A DNA stretch of 64,000 bases, from contig JAGXKM010000002.1 in NCBI GenBank assembly GCA_018335275.1, positions 12,233-76,232 on the forward strand. Reading direction: 5' to 3'. Within the stretch, counting starts at the first letter, position 1. Each line of letters begins with the position of its first letter. Below are positions 28,227-38,638 of the stretch, piece by piece. Below the pieces are notes generated by a model. That model worked only from the letters and a program-made list of their open reading frames with translations. It did no database searches and was not told where the DNA came from. The DNA is from Anaerolineales bacterium. Lineage in GTDB: Bacteria; Chloroflexota; Anaerolineae; Anaerolineales; UBA11858. The position numbers were made by a program, and so were the translations under genes.

Positions 28227-28282
28227 AAGAATTCTAAGCGGAGCAGGATGTTCCAATATTTGGAAAAAATAGGCAAAATACA

Positions 28283-30379
28283 ATGAAGCCAAGAAAGTGG
28301 TTACATTCATATTGGCCTTTCTTTTTCCCGTTGTTAATCTATACCCCGGGGATCATGGGCTGGATTCCTTATCCATCTGCGGAATCCGAATTCACAGACC
28401 TATTGATCAGCCATGTTCCCAATGCAGTTTACTTAAAAGAGGCCTTATTGGGGTACAGGCAGGTGCCTTTTTGGTCTCCAACCATATTGAGTGGGTACCC
28501 ATTTGCTGCCAACCCGCTATCGGGACTTTGGTATCCTCCAGGTTGGTTTGCGCTCCTGTTTCCAATCCCGGAAGGGTTCTCAATCCTGCTTGCGTTTCAC
28601 GCTTTAGCAGGGGGGATAGGTTTGCACAAATTCTTACGGAAAGAGGGGGTAAATCACCCCAGCGCTGTATTTGGCGGTTGTGCCTTTATGTTGATGCCAA
28701 AAATAGGCGCGCATTATGGAGCTGGACATATAACCCTTTTATTCGCCATTTATTGGACACCGTGGTTGTTGAGCGCTGCGCGCCGTGAGCGGCGTTATTT
28801 TTGGTCAGCCATTTGTCTTGCATGTATATTTTTAGCTGATCCGCGCTGGGCCGCATTCAGTGGGTTGTTGTGGGTAGCCTATGTGATTGCGCATAGCCAC
28901 AATCGAGCAGTTGACTATGTGCTTCAAACGGGAAAAACAATCCTGGTCAGTGTTTTATTGGCGGGCCCATTGGTCATTCCTCTCCTGCAGTATGTGTCGC
29001 TTTCTACCCGGCGAAAAATGGGGGTTGGAGATATTTTTATTCATTCCTTACGAGGAGAAGAATGGATAGGCCTTTTCTTTCCATCTGGCGGGAGGACTGT
29101 GGAAGGCGCCATGTACGCCGGAGGATTCGTTCTTATTTTAGGAATAGTCGCTGTAAGTGAAAAAGAGATCATGAAAAAGACCTGGTTTTGGTGGTCCACA
29201 ACTGGGATCAGCGGATTGATCGCCATGGGAACAAACATCCCCGGTGTAAAATATTTAGCTTATGTGCCTGGTGTGAAACTGGTCCGTGTTCCTTCGCGAG
29301 CCATGTTCATTTATGGCTTTTCATTGATCGTCATCGCTTCACACGCCCTTCACACAATGATGAAATCCAAATGGGTTACAAAAAAAGCTGAATACTGGGT
29401 GACAGGTTTCGGATTGTTTGTGATTTTGCTGTTAGGGGGTTTGGGGTATTTAGGGAAAAGCTTTCCCATTAACCTTATCTGGGGGATGGGAAGCACGGCA
29501 ATTTCTTTGCTGATATTCCATTTACGAAAATTTTTATCTGAAAAGCAATGGTTGTACTCATTAATTTTATCCGTCCTCGTCCTTGATGGATTGGGGGCGG
29601 CGTGGATAAATATCGATTTTCGTCATGGCTCTGACATATACTCCCATCCAAACAGTTTGCAAGCTATACAAAACAGCGAATTTGGGTTGTTTAGGACATA
29701 TTCTCCCTCCTACGGCATTCCACAGCACGTGGCGGCTCGTAAATCTTTGGAGTTGGTGGATGGGGTCGATCCTTTGCAGTTGGAAAAATATGTGGAATTT
29801 ACAGAACGGGCTACCGGGGTTCCAAATCCTGGATACAGTGTCACACTGCCGCCCTTTTCAGGCGATCCAGCAACAGCCAATGAAATCTATCAGCCTGACC
29901 CCACTTTATTGGGAGTTTTAAATGTTCGTTACCTTATCTCAGAATTTGAATTAGCTGCACCGGAATTAGAGATCATTGATAATCAAAATGATCTTTTCCA
30001 ATATCGGAATTTAAATGAATTTCCCAGGGCATGGGTTTATCCACCGGACAGACGATTATCCCTGGATAAAATTAAAGATGACGGGGTGGAGTGGAAAACA
30101 GCTGTGGTCAAGAGCTGGCGGCCGAACGGGATTGAAATCCTTGCAGAAGGTCCCGGGACACTTATCGTTTCAGAAATTGCCTATCCGGGATGGGAAGTTA
30201 GAGTAGATGATGAAAAAGCTGCCTGGTTTCCTGTCTTTGACATTTTACGGGGAGTGGAATTAACAGAGGGAACACATCTGGTGAAATATGTATATCGGCC
30301 CAAGACTGTGTATCTTGGCTTATTCATGTCATTAGTAGGATTGGGCATTGTCCTGAAGGAAACCCACAGTGAATGGTAA
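28283..30379 (+). CDS. YfhO-family-like polytopic membrane protein, type B of the duplicated pair
   Basis: It has many TM segments and the C-terminal pattern 'AYPGWEVRVDDEKA...GVELTEGTHLVKYVYRP' followed by a final TM helix, as in YfhO-type putative glycosyltransferases. It is paralogous to 31984-34332. Confidence 0.68.
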   Translation: MKPRKWLHSYWPFFFPLLIYTPGIMGWIPYPSAESEFTDLLISHVPNAVYLKEALLGYRQVPFWSPTILSGYPFAANPLSGLWYPPGWFALLFPIPEGFSILLAFHALAGGIGLHKFLRKEGVNHPSAVFGGCAFMLMPKIGAHYGAGHITLLFAIYWTPWLLSAARRERRYFWSAICLACIFLADPRWAAFSGLLWVAYVIAHSHNRAVDYVLQTGKTILVSVLLAGPLVIPLLQYVSLSTRRKMGVGDIFIHSLRGEEWIGLFFPSGGRTVEGAMYAGGFVLILGIVAVSEKEIMKKTWFWWSTTGISGLIAMGTNIPGVKYLAYVPGVKLVRVPSRAMFIYGFSLIVIASHALHTMMKSKWVTKKAEYWVTGFGLFVILLLGGLGYLGKSFPINLIWGMGSTAISLLIFHLRKFLSEKQWLYSLILSVLVLDGLGAAWINIDFRHGSDIYSHPNSLQAIQNSEFGLFRTYSPSYGIPQHVAARKSLELVDGVDPLQLEKYVEFTERATGVPNPGYSVTLPPFSGDPATANEIYQPDPTLLGVLNVRYLISEFELAAPELEIIDNQNDLFQYRNLNEFPRAWVYPPDRRLSLDKIKDDGVEWKTAVVKSWRPNGIEILAEGPGTLIVSEIAYPGWEVRVDDEKAAWFPVFDILRGVELTEGTHLVKYVYRPKTVYLGLFMSLVGLGIVLKETHSEW

Positions 30380-31976
30380 GGTGCGTCTACCCGGAAAACG
30401 ATGGGTATTGTTATTTACACTCTTAGTGTTAATTATGACATCGATCCCTTATGCTGTTGGTTTATTAAAACAAGGGGATGACTGGCGGTTTACAGGTTTC
30501 GTATTTGGCGTTGAGGATGGGAATTCATATTTAGCGAAAATGAACAGGGGGTCAGCGGGGGAATGGTTGTTCAAAAGTCCCTATACATCCACCCAGCAAA
30601 AAGGTGTAATCGCCTTTCTTCCTTATATTTTATTAGGGAAAGCGGCGGTTTTTCCAATTGAAAAACATACCCAGCTATTGATCATATTTCATTTGTTCCG
30701 TTTGGGGGCAGGGGCAGCGATGGTTTTCGCCACCTATGATTTCCTGTCTGTATTTGTGAAAAAAGGTAAATGGCAGCGAGTGACATTGGCCGCCATCATC
30801 CTGGGAGGGGGACTGGGTTGGTTTTTGGTCGGTCTTGGAAAAGTTAAATGGCTGGGGTCAATTCCCCTGGAATTTACCTCACCAGAAAGTTTTGGCTTTT
30901 TAGCGCTTTATGGATTACCTCATTTGGCCATGGCAAGAGCCTTGTTGTTGTGGGGATTGAAAGCGTTTCTTGTTGGGAAAAGGGTTTATATACCCGGATT
31001 ATTTTGGATATTATTAGGTTTCTTTCAACCCATGGGGGTAATCATCGCCTGGGTGGTCAGTGGGATGTACGTTTTATTGCTTATTATTCAAGCGCACCGC
31101 AGCAGGGATAAGCGCGTGTTGACAGAGTTGTATTTCTTAAAAAAGAACGTGGAATGGTTACTTGTAAATATCCTGATATCTTCTCCATTGATTATTTACA
31201 CTGTGGTCAAATTTCGAATGGATGCATACTTAAGGGCCTGGACATCACAAAATCAAATCATTTCTCCTCACCCGGCTCATTACTTCATAGCCTATGGATT
31301 AATGGCGGTTTTCTTCGTCCGCGGCATATGGCAAATTCGAAAAGAATTTAAATACCATGGTTGGTTAATCATGGGCTGGGTGGCTGTACTTCCCGTTTTA
31401 GTCTATTTACCAACGGTGATTCAAAGGAGATTGGCTGAGGGTGTCTGGGTGGCGATTGTCATATTGGCCGTAAAAGCTTTTGAAGGAGGGGAAGGGTCAC
31501 TTCCGAAGAGATGGGCTTACACGTGGGTTTTAGTTATTCCAACTTCTGTGCTGTTAATTATTGGAGGAACTCAGACGGCATGGCACTTAAATAAACCGGT
31601 GTTCCGTCCCACTGCCGAGGTGGATGCTTTCCGATACCTGGAGGATGAGGCGGATAAAAATTCTGTTATCTTAACCTCTCATGAAACGGGCAATGTGCTG
31701 CCAGCTTGGGTCCCTGTACATGTTGTCCTGGGTCATGGACCGGAAACCGCAAATTATGATCTGGTCAGTCAGAAAATTGAATCCTTTTATGAGGTCCAAG
31801 CAACAGAGCAAGACCGGATCCAGATTTTAGATGAATTTAACGTTGATTATGTATTCTGGGGTCCAGCAGAGAAAGCATTAGGCGATTGGGACCCTGAGGA
31901 AGCTGACATACTTTCTCCAGGTTATGACCAGGGACCTTATAAAATTTATCATGTCAAAAGCGAACGAGTCGAGTAA
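30369..31976 (+). CDS. Polytopic membrane protein, type A' (paralogue of 26685-28226)
   Basis: It shares 'DGNSYLAKMNRG', 'VDYVFWGPAEKALG' and 'YKIYHV'. Its GTG start overlaps the preceding gene by 11 nt. Confidence 0.6.
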   Translation: MNGKVRLPGKRWVLLFTLLVLIMTSIPYAVGLLKQGDDWRFTGFVFGVEDGNSYLAKMNRGSAGEWLFKSPYTSTQQKGVIAFLPYILLGKAAVFPIEKHTQLLIIFHLFRLGAGAAMVFATYDFLSVFVKKGKWQRVTLAAIILGGGLGWFLVGLGKVKWLGSIPLEFTSPESFGFLALYGLPHLAMARALLLWGLKAFLVGKRVYIPGLFWILLGFFQPMGVIIAWVVSGMYVLLLIIQAHRSRDKRVLTELYFLKKNVEWLLVNILISSPLIIYTVVKFRMDAYLRAWTSQNQIISPHPAHYFIAYGLMAVFFVRGIWQIRKEFKYHGWLIMGWVAVLPVLVYLPTVIQRRLAEGVWVAIVILAVKAFEGGEGSLPKRWAYTWVLVIPTSVLLIIGGTQTAWHLNKPVFRPTAEVDAFRYLEDEADKNSVILTSHETGNVLPAWVPVHVVLGHGPETANYDLVSQKIESFYEVQATEQDRIQILDEFNVDYVFWGPAEKALGDWDPEEADILSPGYDQGPYKIYHVKSERVE

Positions 31977-31983
31977 CTAACGT

Positions 31984-34332
31984 ATGAAAAAGTTCATAAA
32001 ACTCCCCTACCTGCCTATCCTCATAGCTCCCTTTCTACTCTTTTCTCCGCTGATACTCACCGGGAAAGCCCTATTCTGGGGAACACCTTCCTTACAATTT
32101 GTTCCCTGGTGGGATTGGGCCTGGGAAACATTGCGAGCGGGCCACCTTCCGATTTGGAATCCCCTGGTCGGTATGGGAGCCCCCTTGGTCGCAAATTATC
32201 AATCCGCATTGTTTTATCCCCCTAATTGGATTTACTTTTTATTGCATGTGATCGGTGGAACACCTCTCATGGCTTGGGGTCAGGGGATATTGGTAGTATT
32301 TCATCTCATCATGGCCGGAATGGGAATGATTTTTTTGATTAAGCTCTTGGGAGGGAATGAATTATCCCAAACAGTGAGTGGTTTAAGTTTTTGTTTGTCA
32401 GGTTACCTGGTGGCAAGAGCAGGATTTTTGAGTATCAATGCTGTCTGCGCATGGCTGCCCTGGTTAATGGCTTTTTCTTTGAGGATGGTTCGCGAGCGTT
32501 CAATTAAAAATGCTGGAAAATTGACAATTGTGATGGCTTTGCAAATCCTGGCAGGTCATGCACAAATCACATATTATTCCCTCTTATTGATTATTCCGTG
32601 GGTTATTTTTTGGTCCTGGGTTGAAGAAAATGAATCCAGCTGGCAGGCTAAATCCAAACAATTATTGCGTAATTTGGGTATGATTTTTGTGATCGGGCTG
32701 GTATCTTTCTCAGTTGCAGCTGTTCAAATTTTGCCCACAGCCGAATATCTGGTTCAGTCACATAGAGCTGAGTCTGTCGAATATGAATTTGCAATGACCT
32801 ACTCTTTTTGGCCGTGGCATATATTAAATCTAATTGTGCCCGATTTATTTGGGAATCCTAAACTAGGCGATTATTGGGGGTATGCAAATTTTTGGGAGGA
32901 TGCGTTATATATTGGCTTGCTGCCGCTGCTTTTAGCTCTTGGGGTGCTTATCAAATCAATCCGTCATGTTCAATCTCCCCCTAAAGCAGGATCAGACAAA
33001 CACGAACGAGCGCTTATGCTATTTACCATTTTTTTGGGTTTCATTCTCCTCACTTCATTTCTCTTGGCTCTGGGAAAGAATACACCCGTATTTCCCTGGT
33101 TGTACGAGAATATCCCTACGTTTGACCTTTTTCAAGCCCCAACGAGAATCAACATCTGGGCCGTTTTTGCTTTATCGACGCTGGCAGGGATCGGGGTTGA
33201 GTATTGGCGCAGACCTAAAAAGCGCAGTTTGTATTGGACGAGATTGGCAACAGCTGGCGCGGGAGCGGTTACGATCGGTGCGATAATAACCTATTTCTTC
33301 CTGGGAGATGTAAAACCAACCTTTATCAGGGCCACAGCGATCGCGGGTTTTTGGGGTGTCGGTGCCGGTTTGTTGACATTAATCGTTCCTTCGACTCCCC
33401 AATCCAGGAAGGTAAATGCAGGTTGGAAATGGGCTGTGACCTTGTGGGTGGCTGCTGATTTGTTGGTAGCAGGATGGGGATTAAATCCGGGGGTTGAGAT
33501 GGATTTTTACAGTGAAATGGAGCCCTCTCCCGACAAAGTAGAACGTTTATATCTCCCCGCCTCGGAAGAGTATGACATAAAATATGAGCAGTTCTTTAAA
33601 TTTGAAGCTTATGAACCGAGTAATACTTGGGGAGCTTTAAGGGAATCATCCCTGCCAAACCTGAACATGTTAGATGGTTTAGCTTCTGTGAATAATTTCG
33701 ATCCCCTGGTGCCGGGCCGTTATCAAGAGTGGATGAACGCTTTAGAAGATGTTGGGAGGGAAAACAGGGATAGAGTATTGAAACTCATGGGGGTGGGAAG
33801 TATTGGGAGGCTTAGAAGCACAGGTGAGGTTGTGTATGAGGTGATACCCGAAGGTCAATCTTCTTATCGCTGGGTGAGTTGTGGGCGGGTTGTTCCGGAA
33901 CCCTCCAAGGCTTTGAGTTTGTCTATGGCAGGAGACGTGGACCTCCAGGAATGGGTATTAATTGATAAACCGCTTTCATCCAAAACAGTTCCTTGTGAAA
34001 TGTCTGAGGGGGAAATAGAGTTGGTCGAGAAAACTCCTAGTCGATGGAGTTTTAAAGTCAACGGGAATCAAGCAGGGTGGTTGTTGCGTTCGTCGGTATG
34101 GTATCCGGGTTGGAAAGCCACACTGGATGGCAATGAAACCACATTGCACCGGGGGAATTATTTGTTCCAGGCGGTTCATGTGCCTGCGGGGGAACACGAA
34201 GTAGTTTTTCTTTACAGGCCGAGATCCTTGATGATAGGAGGGTCTCTTTCCTTGCTGACCATATTTGGCTGCTTTGTGCTTTGGTTTGTAGATGTGCAAT
34301 CAGCAGAGAATGGAAAAAATTGGCTGGATTAA
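31984..34332 (+). CDS. YfhO-family-like polytopic membrane protein, type B' (paralogue of 28283-30379)
   Basis: The C-terminus is 'WYPGWKATLDGNETT...HVPAGEHEVVFLYRP' followed by a TM helix. The N-terminus 'FYPPNWIYFLL' compares with 'WYPPGWFALLF' in the paralogue. Confidence 0.68.
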   Translation: MKKFIKLPYLPILIAPFLLFSPLILTGKALFWGTPSLQFVPWWDWAWETLRAGHLPIWNPLVGMGAPLVANYQSALFYPPNWIYFLLHVIGGTPLMAWGQGILVVFHLIMAGMGMIFLIKLLGGNELSQTVSGLSFCLSGYLVARAGFLSINAVCAWLPWLMAFSLRMVRERSIKNAGKLTIVMALQILAGHAQITYYSLLLIIPWVIFWSWVEENESSWQAKSKQLLRNLGMIFVIGLVSFSVAAVQILPTAEYLVQSHRAESVEYEFAMTYSFWPWHILNLIVPDLFGNPKLGDYWGYANFWEDALYIGLLPLLLALGVLIKSIRHVQSPPKAGSDKHERALMLFTIFLGFILLTSFLLALGKNTPVFPWLYENIPTFDLFQAPTRINIWAVFALSTLAGIGVEYWRRPKKRSLYWTRLATAGAGAVTIGAIITYFFLGDVKPTFIRATAIAGFWGVGAGLLTLIVPSTPQSRKVNAGWKWAVTLWVAADLLVAGWGLNPGVEMDFYSEMEPSPDKVERLYLPASEEYDIKYEQFFKFEAYEPSNTWGALRESSLPNLNMLDGLASVNNFDPLVPGRYQEWMNALEDVGRENRDRVLKLMGVGSIGRLRSTGEVVYEVIPEGQSSYRWVSCGRVVPEPSKALSLSMAGDVDLQEWVLIDKPLSSKTVPCEMSEGEIELVEKTPSRWSFKVNGNQAGWLLRSSVWYPGWKATLDGNETTLHRGNYLFQAVHVPAGEHEVVFLYRPRSLMIGGSLSLLTIFGCFVLWFVDVQSAENGKNWLD

Positions 34333-34581
34333 GTACCACATTGTGAGAGATAACCAAAGATACGATCGGAAAGGCATAAACCCCAACAAACTACAGAAAT
34401 TGATCTTGAAATAATTTCGTTGATTGGAAATAGGCCTCAAAAAAAGGGATTTTCTACGCGCCGCCAAAGCGGGTCAAATCATCTGCTATTGGATTAACCA
34501 GGTGACCTGTTCCCGGAATGGGGTACTTAAGATTTGACATTGAGATCCAAAGGAAGAAAGATGGGAAGAAGGTAAATAAGA

Positions 34582-35301
34582 TTAATCAAGGGATATATAG
34601 AGGCGTTTGTTTTCAGCCCCTTTGCTCTTATAGTCGTCAATGTGTATGACCCCCACTTCAGATGTATTCTTGACATGAGTTCCGCCGTCCGCTTGCAGGT
34701 CAAGACCTTCTATTTCAACCACACGAACTTCTTGGATATGGTCAGGGAGTAGATTGATTTTAGTACGAATCAGGTCAGGGATCTGAAAAGCTTCTTCCCT
34801 GGGAAGCACCCGCCAGGTAACGGACAATCCCTTGTTAACTTCTTTATTTATCGAGTCTTCAATGGTTTTAACGAGCTCTTTATGGAGGGATTTGATTTCA
34901 AAATCCATCCTTCCAGACAGTGGGTTCATGTTTCCCCCTGTCACAAAAGCTCCATAATCGCGGAATACGACCCCACATAAGATATGTAATGCAGTATGAG
35001 TGCGCATCAACTGATAACGATGTTCCCAATTGATGTTTCCCTGCACAGTGGATCCAACCGCGGGCAGCGGAGCTTCTTGGTTGAGCAAGTGTACAATCCG
35101 TCCCTTTATTCGTTTTGCTCGCTCAATGGGATGGGCCTGATCCCGATAAAGGAGATTGCCAAAATCAGGAGGTTGACCTCCGCCGCCAGGATAGAAGGCA
35201 GTTTTTGTCAGGACAACCCCGTGATTTTCAGCATCCAATTCCGTTACCTTTGCCTGAAACGTTTTTTGATAACTATCCGCGTGGTAGATTAATTTAGTCA
35301 T
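34582..35301 (-). CDS. alaX: AlaX-type alanyl-tRNA editing protein (AlaRS second additional domain)
   Basis: It has the zinc motif 'HTALHIL' and 'DGGTHV', and its length of about 240 aa is typical of AlaX-M. Confidence 0.8.
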   Translation of the reverse strand: MTKLIYHADSYQKTFQAKVTELDAENHGVVLTKTAFYPGGGGQPPDFGNLLYRDQAHPIERAKRIKGRIVHLLNQEAPLPAVGSTVQGNINWEHRYQLMRTHTALHILCGVVFRDYGAFVTGGNMNPLSGRMDFEIKSLHKELVKTIEDSINKEVNKGLSVTWRVLPREEAFQIPDLIRTKINLLPDHIQEVRVVEIEGLDLQADGGTHVKNTSEVGVIHIDDYKSKGAENKRLYISLD

Positions 35302-35364
35302 TTAGCCCACCTCTGCTTATGGAAACGCCTACTTAGGATATGATCCCTTTATGCGCTTGAAATT

Positions 35365-36549
35365 TTAGATCAATTGGAGAGATTTCCCTACTTTTTCAAA
35401 GACATCAAGCACCTGATCCAACTGTTCGTCCGTATGTGTGGCCATATAACTCGTTCGCAGAAGTTGCCGACCGGGAGGGGTGGCTGGAGAAAGGACCGGA
35501 TTCACGAATACGCCGTTGTCAAAGAGCATTTTCCAGGTTTGTAATGTCTTCATATCATCCCCTATGATAATCGGGATCACAGGCGTTTGGGAATTGCCAA
35601 TATCAAAGCCCAGTTTTCTGAAATCATTCCTCATCCGGTCTGCTATTTCATTTACGCGCTTGATCCTTTCGGGTTCGTTTCTCATTACCTCAAGGGCAGC
35701 AAGCACGGCTGCGGCATTGTGGGCTGGTATACTGGCGCTGAATATTAAGGATCGTGCATGATGTTTTATATAATGGACAATATCTTCATCTCCAGCGATG
35801 AACCCACCTATGGAGGCGAATGATTTACTGAAGGTGCCCATGATTAGATCCACATCCTCTGTCATTCCAAAATGAGCTGCGGTCCCTCGTCCTCCACCCA
35901 AGACACCAACCGCATGCGCATCATCAACCATGAGGCGGACATTAAACTTTTCGCAAAGGGGGACGATCTGGGGTAAAGGAGCGATGTCTCCTTCCATACT
36001 GTATAATCCATCCACAACCAGTAATTTCCCTTTCCCCTCTTCGAGATTTGATAATTTATTTTCAAGGTCCTGCATGTCGTTATGGCGATATCGGACCATA
36101 TCTCCATAACTCAACCTTGCTCCATCGACAATGCTGGCGTGATCATCCCGATCAAGAATGATATATTCATTTCTGCCTACGAGCGAGCTGATGGTGCCTA
36201 AGTTTACCTGCATCCCTGTGGAAAAGACGAGCGCGCTCTCCTTTTTGACCCATTTCGCAAGCTCATCCTCTAATTTTTCATGGAGCGCAAGGGTACCGTT
36301 GAGAAAACGGGATCCTGTACAGCTGCTGCCAAAGCGGTCAATTGCTTCCCGAGCAGCTTGTTTAACTTTTGGGTGGGTAGTGAGTCCAAGGTAATTGTTA
36401 GAACCGCACATGATTAAAGATTGGCCCTGGTATTCAGCCATGGTTCCTTCACTTTCTGAAAGCGGGATAAAATAGGGATACAAACCAGCTTCCTGGGCTT
36501 CTTTTGCGGTGGTAAATTCCCTGCATTTATCGAAAATGTCCATGAACAA
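35365..36549 (-). CDS. PLP-dependent alpha-oxoamine synthase (KBL/BioF/serine-palmitoyltransferase-like)
   Basis: It contains 'GSNNYLGLTTHP', 'GSRFLNGT', 'DDAHAVGVLG' and the PLP lysine context 'GTFSKSFASIGGF'. Substrate specificity cannot be assigned from the sequence alone. Confidence 0.85.
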   Translation of the reverse strand: MFMDIFDKCREFTTAKEAQEAGLYPYFIPLSESEGTMAEYQGQSLIMCGSNNYLGLTTHPKVKQAAREAIDRFGSSCTGSRFLNGTLALHEKLEDELAKWVKKESALVFSTGMQVNLGTISSLVGRNEYIILDRDDHASIVDGARLSYGDMVRYRHNDMQDLENKLSNLEEGKGKLLVVDGLYSMEGDIAPLPQIVPLCEKFNVRLMVDDAHAVGVLGGGRGTAAHFGMTEDVDLIMGTFSKSFASIGGFIAGDEDIVHYIKHHARSLIFSASIPAHNAAAVLAALEVMRNEPERIKRVNEIADRMRNDFRKLGFDIGNSQTPVIPIIIGDDMKTLQTWKMLFDNGVFVNPVLSPATPPGRQLLRTSYMATHTDEQLDQVLDVFEKVGKSLQLI

Positions 36550-36833
36550 AGTCTCCTATCAAAATTATTATGTGAAATGCATAAAATTCGATGTCATTGG
36601 TGTTAAAATCTATGGTATAGAAGAAACTGGACTTAAACCCAACATATCGGCTATAGTATACCTTAAATCAGATAAAGAGATGGGACCACAATGGTCGGTG
36701 GTTAGGATGTAAAAAAATTAACCATGCTGGACATGAAAATCAGATTTGGTCATCATTTTAGAGCATCAGATCTAATAAAATACAAAGCACAGAGAACCGG
36801 GGGAACATAAATTCAACAAAAGGAGGGACGCAC

Positions 36834-37205
36834 TTGGCAAAGACTCGTTCTCAACAGATGGTGGATCGATTGCAAGAATTACAAGCGTCTTCATCAGATA
36901 TTCAGGCCTCAGCAGTGGTGAGTGTAGATGGATTGACAATTGCCTCCGCTTTACCTCAAGGAGTTGAGGAAGATAGAGTGTCTGCGATGTCAGCGGCCAT
37001 GCTATCTCTTGGAGAGCGTATTGCATCTGAATTAGGTCGGGGCACCCTTGATCAGGTTTACATTAAAGGAGAAGAGGGGTATGTGATGTTGATGTCCATT
37101 GGGGAGGACGCAGTGTTGACCACGCTGTCCCGCGCAAAAGCGAAATTAGGTTTAATATTCCTTGATATGCGAAGAGCGACAGATGATCTGTCAGAATTGA
37201 TGTAA
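36834..37205 (+). CDS. Roadblock/LC7 (MglB/CvnB-like) domain protein
   Basis: 'SSDIQASAVVSVDGLTIASAL...RVSAMSAAMLSLGERIASELGRGTLDQVYIKGEEGYVMLMSIGEDAVL' is a typical Robl_LC7 fold. A TTG start is preceded by AAGGAGGG. Confidence 0.8.
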   Translation: MAKTRSQQMVDRLQELQASSSDIQASAVVSVDGLTIASALPQGVEEDRVSAMSAAMLSLGERIASELGRGTLDQVYIKGEEGYVMLMSIGEDAVLTTLSRAKAKLGLIFLDMRRATDDLSELM

Positions 37206-37218
37206 AGAGTGAGATACT

Positions 37219-37854
37219 ATGAAATCCATACCAGAAAGCGGTTACTATAATTCAAATAAATTTGCGAGGATTTTCATTGAAGCCTTAAAAGAAATCATGG
37301 GGAAGAACGGTTTAAATGCAGTGTTAAACTATGCAGGACTCTCTTCATTGGTGGATAATTATCCTCCTGATAATATGGATAGGGCATTTGATTTTGCCCA
37401 TTTTTCGATGATCAATATCGCCATGGAGGAGATGTACGGGAAAAAGGGAGGAAGGGGATTGGGGTTGCGAGCAGGACGCATCACCTTTGAGGATGTGCTG
37501 AAAGATTATGGGGCCATGGCCGGGGTTGGCGATTTGGCCTTTCGGGTACTTCCCATGCAAAAGAAGGTCCGCATCGGTTTGCAGGCTATGGCCAGGATTT
37601 TTTCAGAAAAAAGCGATCAAGTTTCAAAGCTGGAAGAGGAAGAGGATCATTACAAATATCAGGTCAAGCGCTGCCCTATATGTTGGGGGAGAGAGGATGT
37701 AGAACAACCTGTTTGTTTTTATATGGTAGGGATACTACAAGAAGGCTTGAAATGGGTCTCAGGTGGAAAAGAGTTTCGCATTAACGAATCGAAGTGTTCA
37801 GCAATGGGACATGAATATTGCGAATTCACGATATACAAGCAACCTATTGAATGA
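37219..37854 (+). CDS. V4R (4-vinyl reductase-type) small-molecule-binding domain protein
   Basis: The C-terminal pattern 'CPICWGRE....PVCFYMVGILQEGLKWVSGGKEFRINESKCSAMGHEYCEFTI' matches the Cys-bearing V4R domain. It lies 13 nt downstream of the Roadblock gene. Confidence 0.62.
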   Translation: MKSIPESGYYNSNKFARIFIEALKEIMGKNGLNAVLNYAGLSSLVDNYPPDNMDRAFDFAHFSMINIAMEEMYGKKGGRGLGLRAGRITFEDVLKDYGAMAGVGDLAFRVLPMQKKVRIGLQAMARIFSEKSDQVSKLEEEEDHYKYQVKRCPICWGREDVEQPVCFYMVGILQEGLKWVSGGKEFRINESKCSAMGHEYCEFTIYKQPIE

Positions 37855-37903
37855 TGTATTTGATGAAGGAACTTAAAGATTAAAATCCGGTAAGGGGCCT
37901 ACA

Positions 37904-38632
37904 TTGAGCGTCTGTATTGTGATACCTACGTACAACGAAGCGGATAACATCCCTGAACTTTTAAAAGCTTTGTTTAATCTGAATTTAAACCAAACCCATG
38001 TCTTGATAGTAGATGACAACAGTCCCGACGGCACCGGCGATATTGCTGAAGCTCTGAAAGATCGCTATCCGGGAAAGATCTCTGTCATGCATCGAGAGGG
38101 AAAACAAGGTTTAGGGACCGCTTATATTGCGGGCTTTAAGCAAGCTATTCGAGAAGGCGCAGATGTCATCGTCCAGATGGATGCTGATTTTTCGCATAGC
38201 CCACAAAAAATACCAGCATTAGTGGATAAGCTGGAAACATGGGATATGGCTTTAGGGTCCAGGTATGTCACGGGGGGGAGTTTGGATGAGGGCTGGGCTT
38301 TTTGGCGGAAGGGGTTATCTTCTTTTGGAAATTTATACGCTCGTGTGATTCTGGGGATGAAGATACGGGATCTGACGGGTGGTTTCCGGGCCTGGCGCAG
38401 AGAAACATTGTTGGGGATCCCGCTCGAAAGAGTAAAGTCACAGGGGTATGCGTTTCAGGTGGAAATGGCGTATATTACCCAGCGGAAAGGGTTTAATATC
38501 ACAGAAGTGCCAATTTATTTTGCGGATCGGGAAAAGGGGGATTCGAAGATGTCTTGGAAGATTCAGATAGAAGCTGCATTCCGGGTCTGGTCAATATTAT
38601 TTGAATATCGTGATTTACAACCGGATCGCTAA
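37904..38632 (+). CDS. Polyprenol-phosphate mannose synthase (GT2, Dpm1/Ppm1-like)
   Basis: It contains 'IVIPTYNEADNI', 'VDDNSPDGT', 'MDADFSH' and 'GSRY..GG', which are typical of dolichyl/polyprenyl-phosphate mannosyltransferases. It has a TTG start. Confidence 0.85.
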   Translation: MSVCIVIPTYNEADNIPELLKALFNLNLNQTHVLIVDDNSPDGTGDIAEALKDRYPGKISVMHREGKQGLGTAYIAGFKQAIREGADVIVQMDADFSHSPQKIPALVDKLETWDMALGSRYVTGGSLDEGWAFWRKGLSSFGNLYARVILGMKIRDLTGGFRAWRRETLLGIPLERVKSQGYAFQVEMAYITQRKGFNITEVPIYFADREKGDSKMSWKIQIEAAFRVWSILFEYRDLQPDR

Positions 38633-38638
38633 GCAGGG

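Noticed and set aside
36509-36712. A 67-aa plus-strand ORF in the divergent intergenic region between the oxoamine synthase and Roadblock genes.
   Set aside because: It begins inside the 5' end of the minus-strand gene, has no SD, and is AT-rich promoter-like sequence.
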